Origin: a virus
DNA length: 64,000 nucleotides
Reading direction: 5' to 3' (one strand)
Virus record (IMG/VR): IMGVR_UViG_3300037882_001257
Span: 888-64,887 of that record
The position numbers and the translations under genes were made by a program. A model generated the notes under the pieces. That model had not been told where the DNA came from and made no database searches. It saw nothing but the letters and a program-made list of their open reading frames with translations. Shown in pieces: positions 63,913 through 64,000 of the stretch. The first letter of the stretch is position 1; every line of letters starts with the position of its first letter.

Positions 63913-64000
63913 TTTGGGTCTCCATAACAGGTGTAGATACCATATTATGCACCCAAAACAACTATTTGTTGCCGCGAATTAATCTAGACTCTGTATTAGT

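Noticed and set aside
1-64000. Stop-codon reassignment (common in some large phages)
   Set aside because: TAA, TAG and TGA all terminate coupled genes (e.g. TAG at 493-495, TGA at 39545-39547), and conserved enzymes read through intact in the standard code.
1-64000. CRISPR array, tRNA or rRNA genes
   Set aside because: Intergenic gaps are short (at most about 150 nt) and contain no direct-repeat/spacer pattern or cloverleaf that I can support.

Overview
This 64 kb window is part of a large (probably jumbo) dsDNA tailed-phage genome. It is densely coded in the standard genetic code, with no tRNA, rRNA or CRISPR array visible. Two convergent blocks meet at a terminator near 23.95 kb. The + strand block (1-23.9 kb) is a neck/tail morphogenesis operon: neck proteins, tail tube, chaperone-like genes, a 2726-aa tape measure protein, baseplate/hub and LamG proteins, then a GT32 glycosyltransferase flanked by Cys-rich proteins. 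No sheath gene is visible, so the morphotype is probably siphovirus-like. The - strand block (24-64 kb) covers replication, recombination and nucleotide metabolism: a DnaE split into two intein-free ORFs around a DEDDh exonuclease, primase, DnaB, RecA, SSB, a Sak-like annealer, a Cas4-like nuclease, class II RNR, ThyA, dCMP deaminase, dNMP kinase, PhoH, ClpP and two sigma-like factors. It also holds a 9-gene sugar-transfer cluster and a MotA/TolQ/ExbB-type membrane trio. The most notable observations are: (1) a candidate riboswitch/attenuator with its own promoter-like motif, a pseudoknot and a mutually exclusive antiterminator upstream of the nrdJ-phoH block; (2) the split DnaE operon; (3) a tape measure protein whose repeated motif brackets a putative PD-(D/E)xK nuclease cargo; (4) the ExbB/ExbD-like trio; (5) the glycosylation cluster; and (6) a recurring GGTGTATTATA promoter-like motif. 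All product calls come from motif recognition by eye; no database searches were run.
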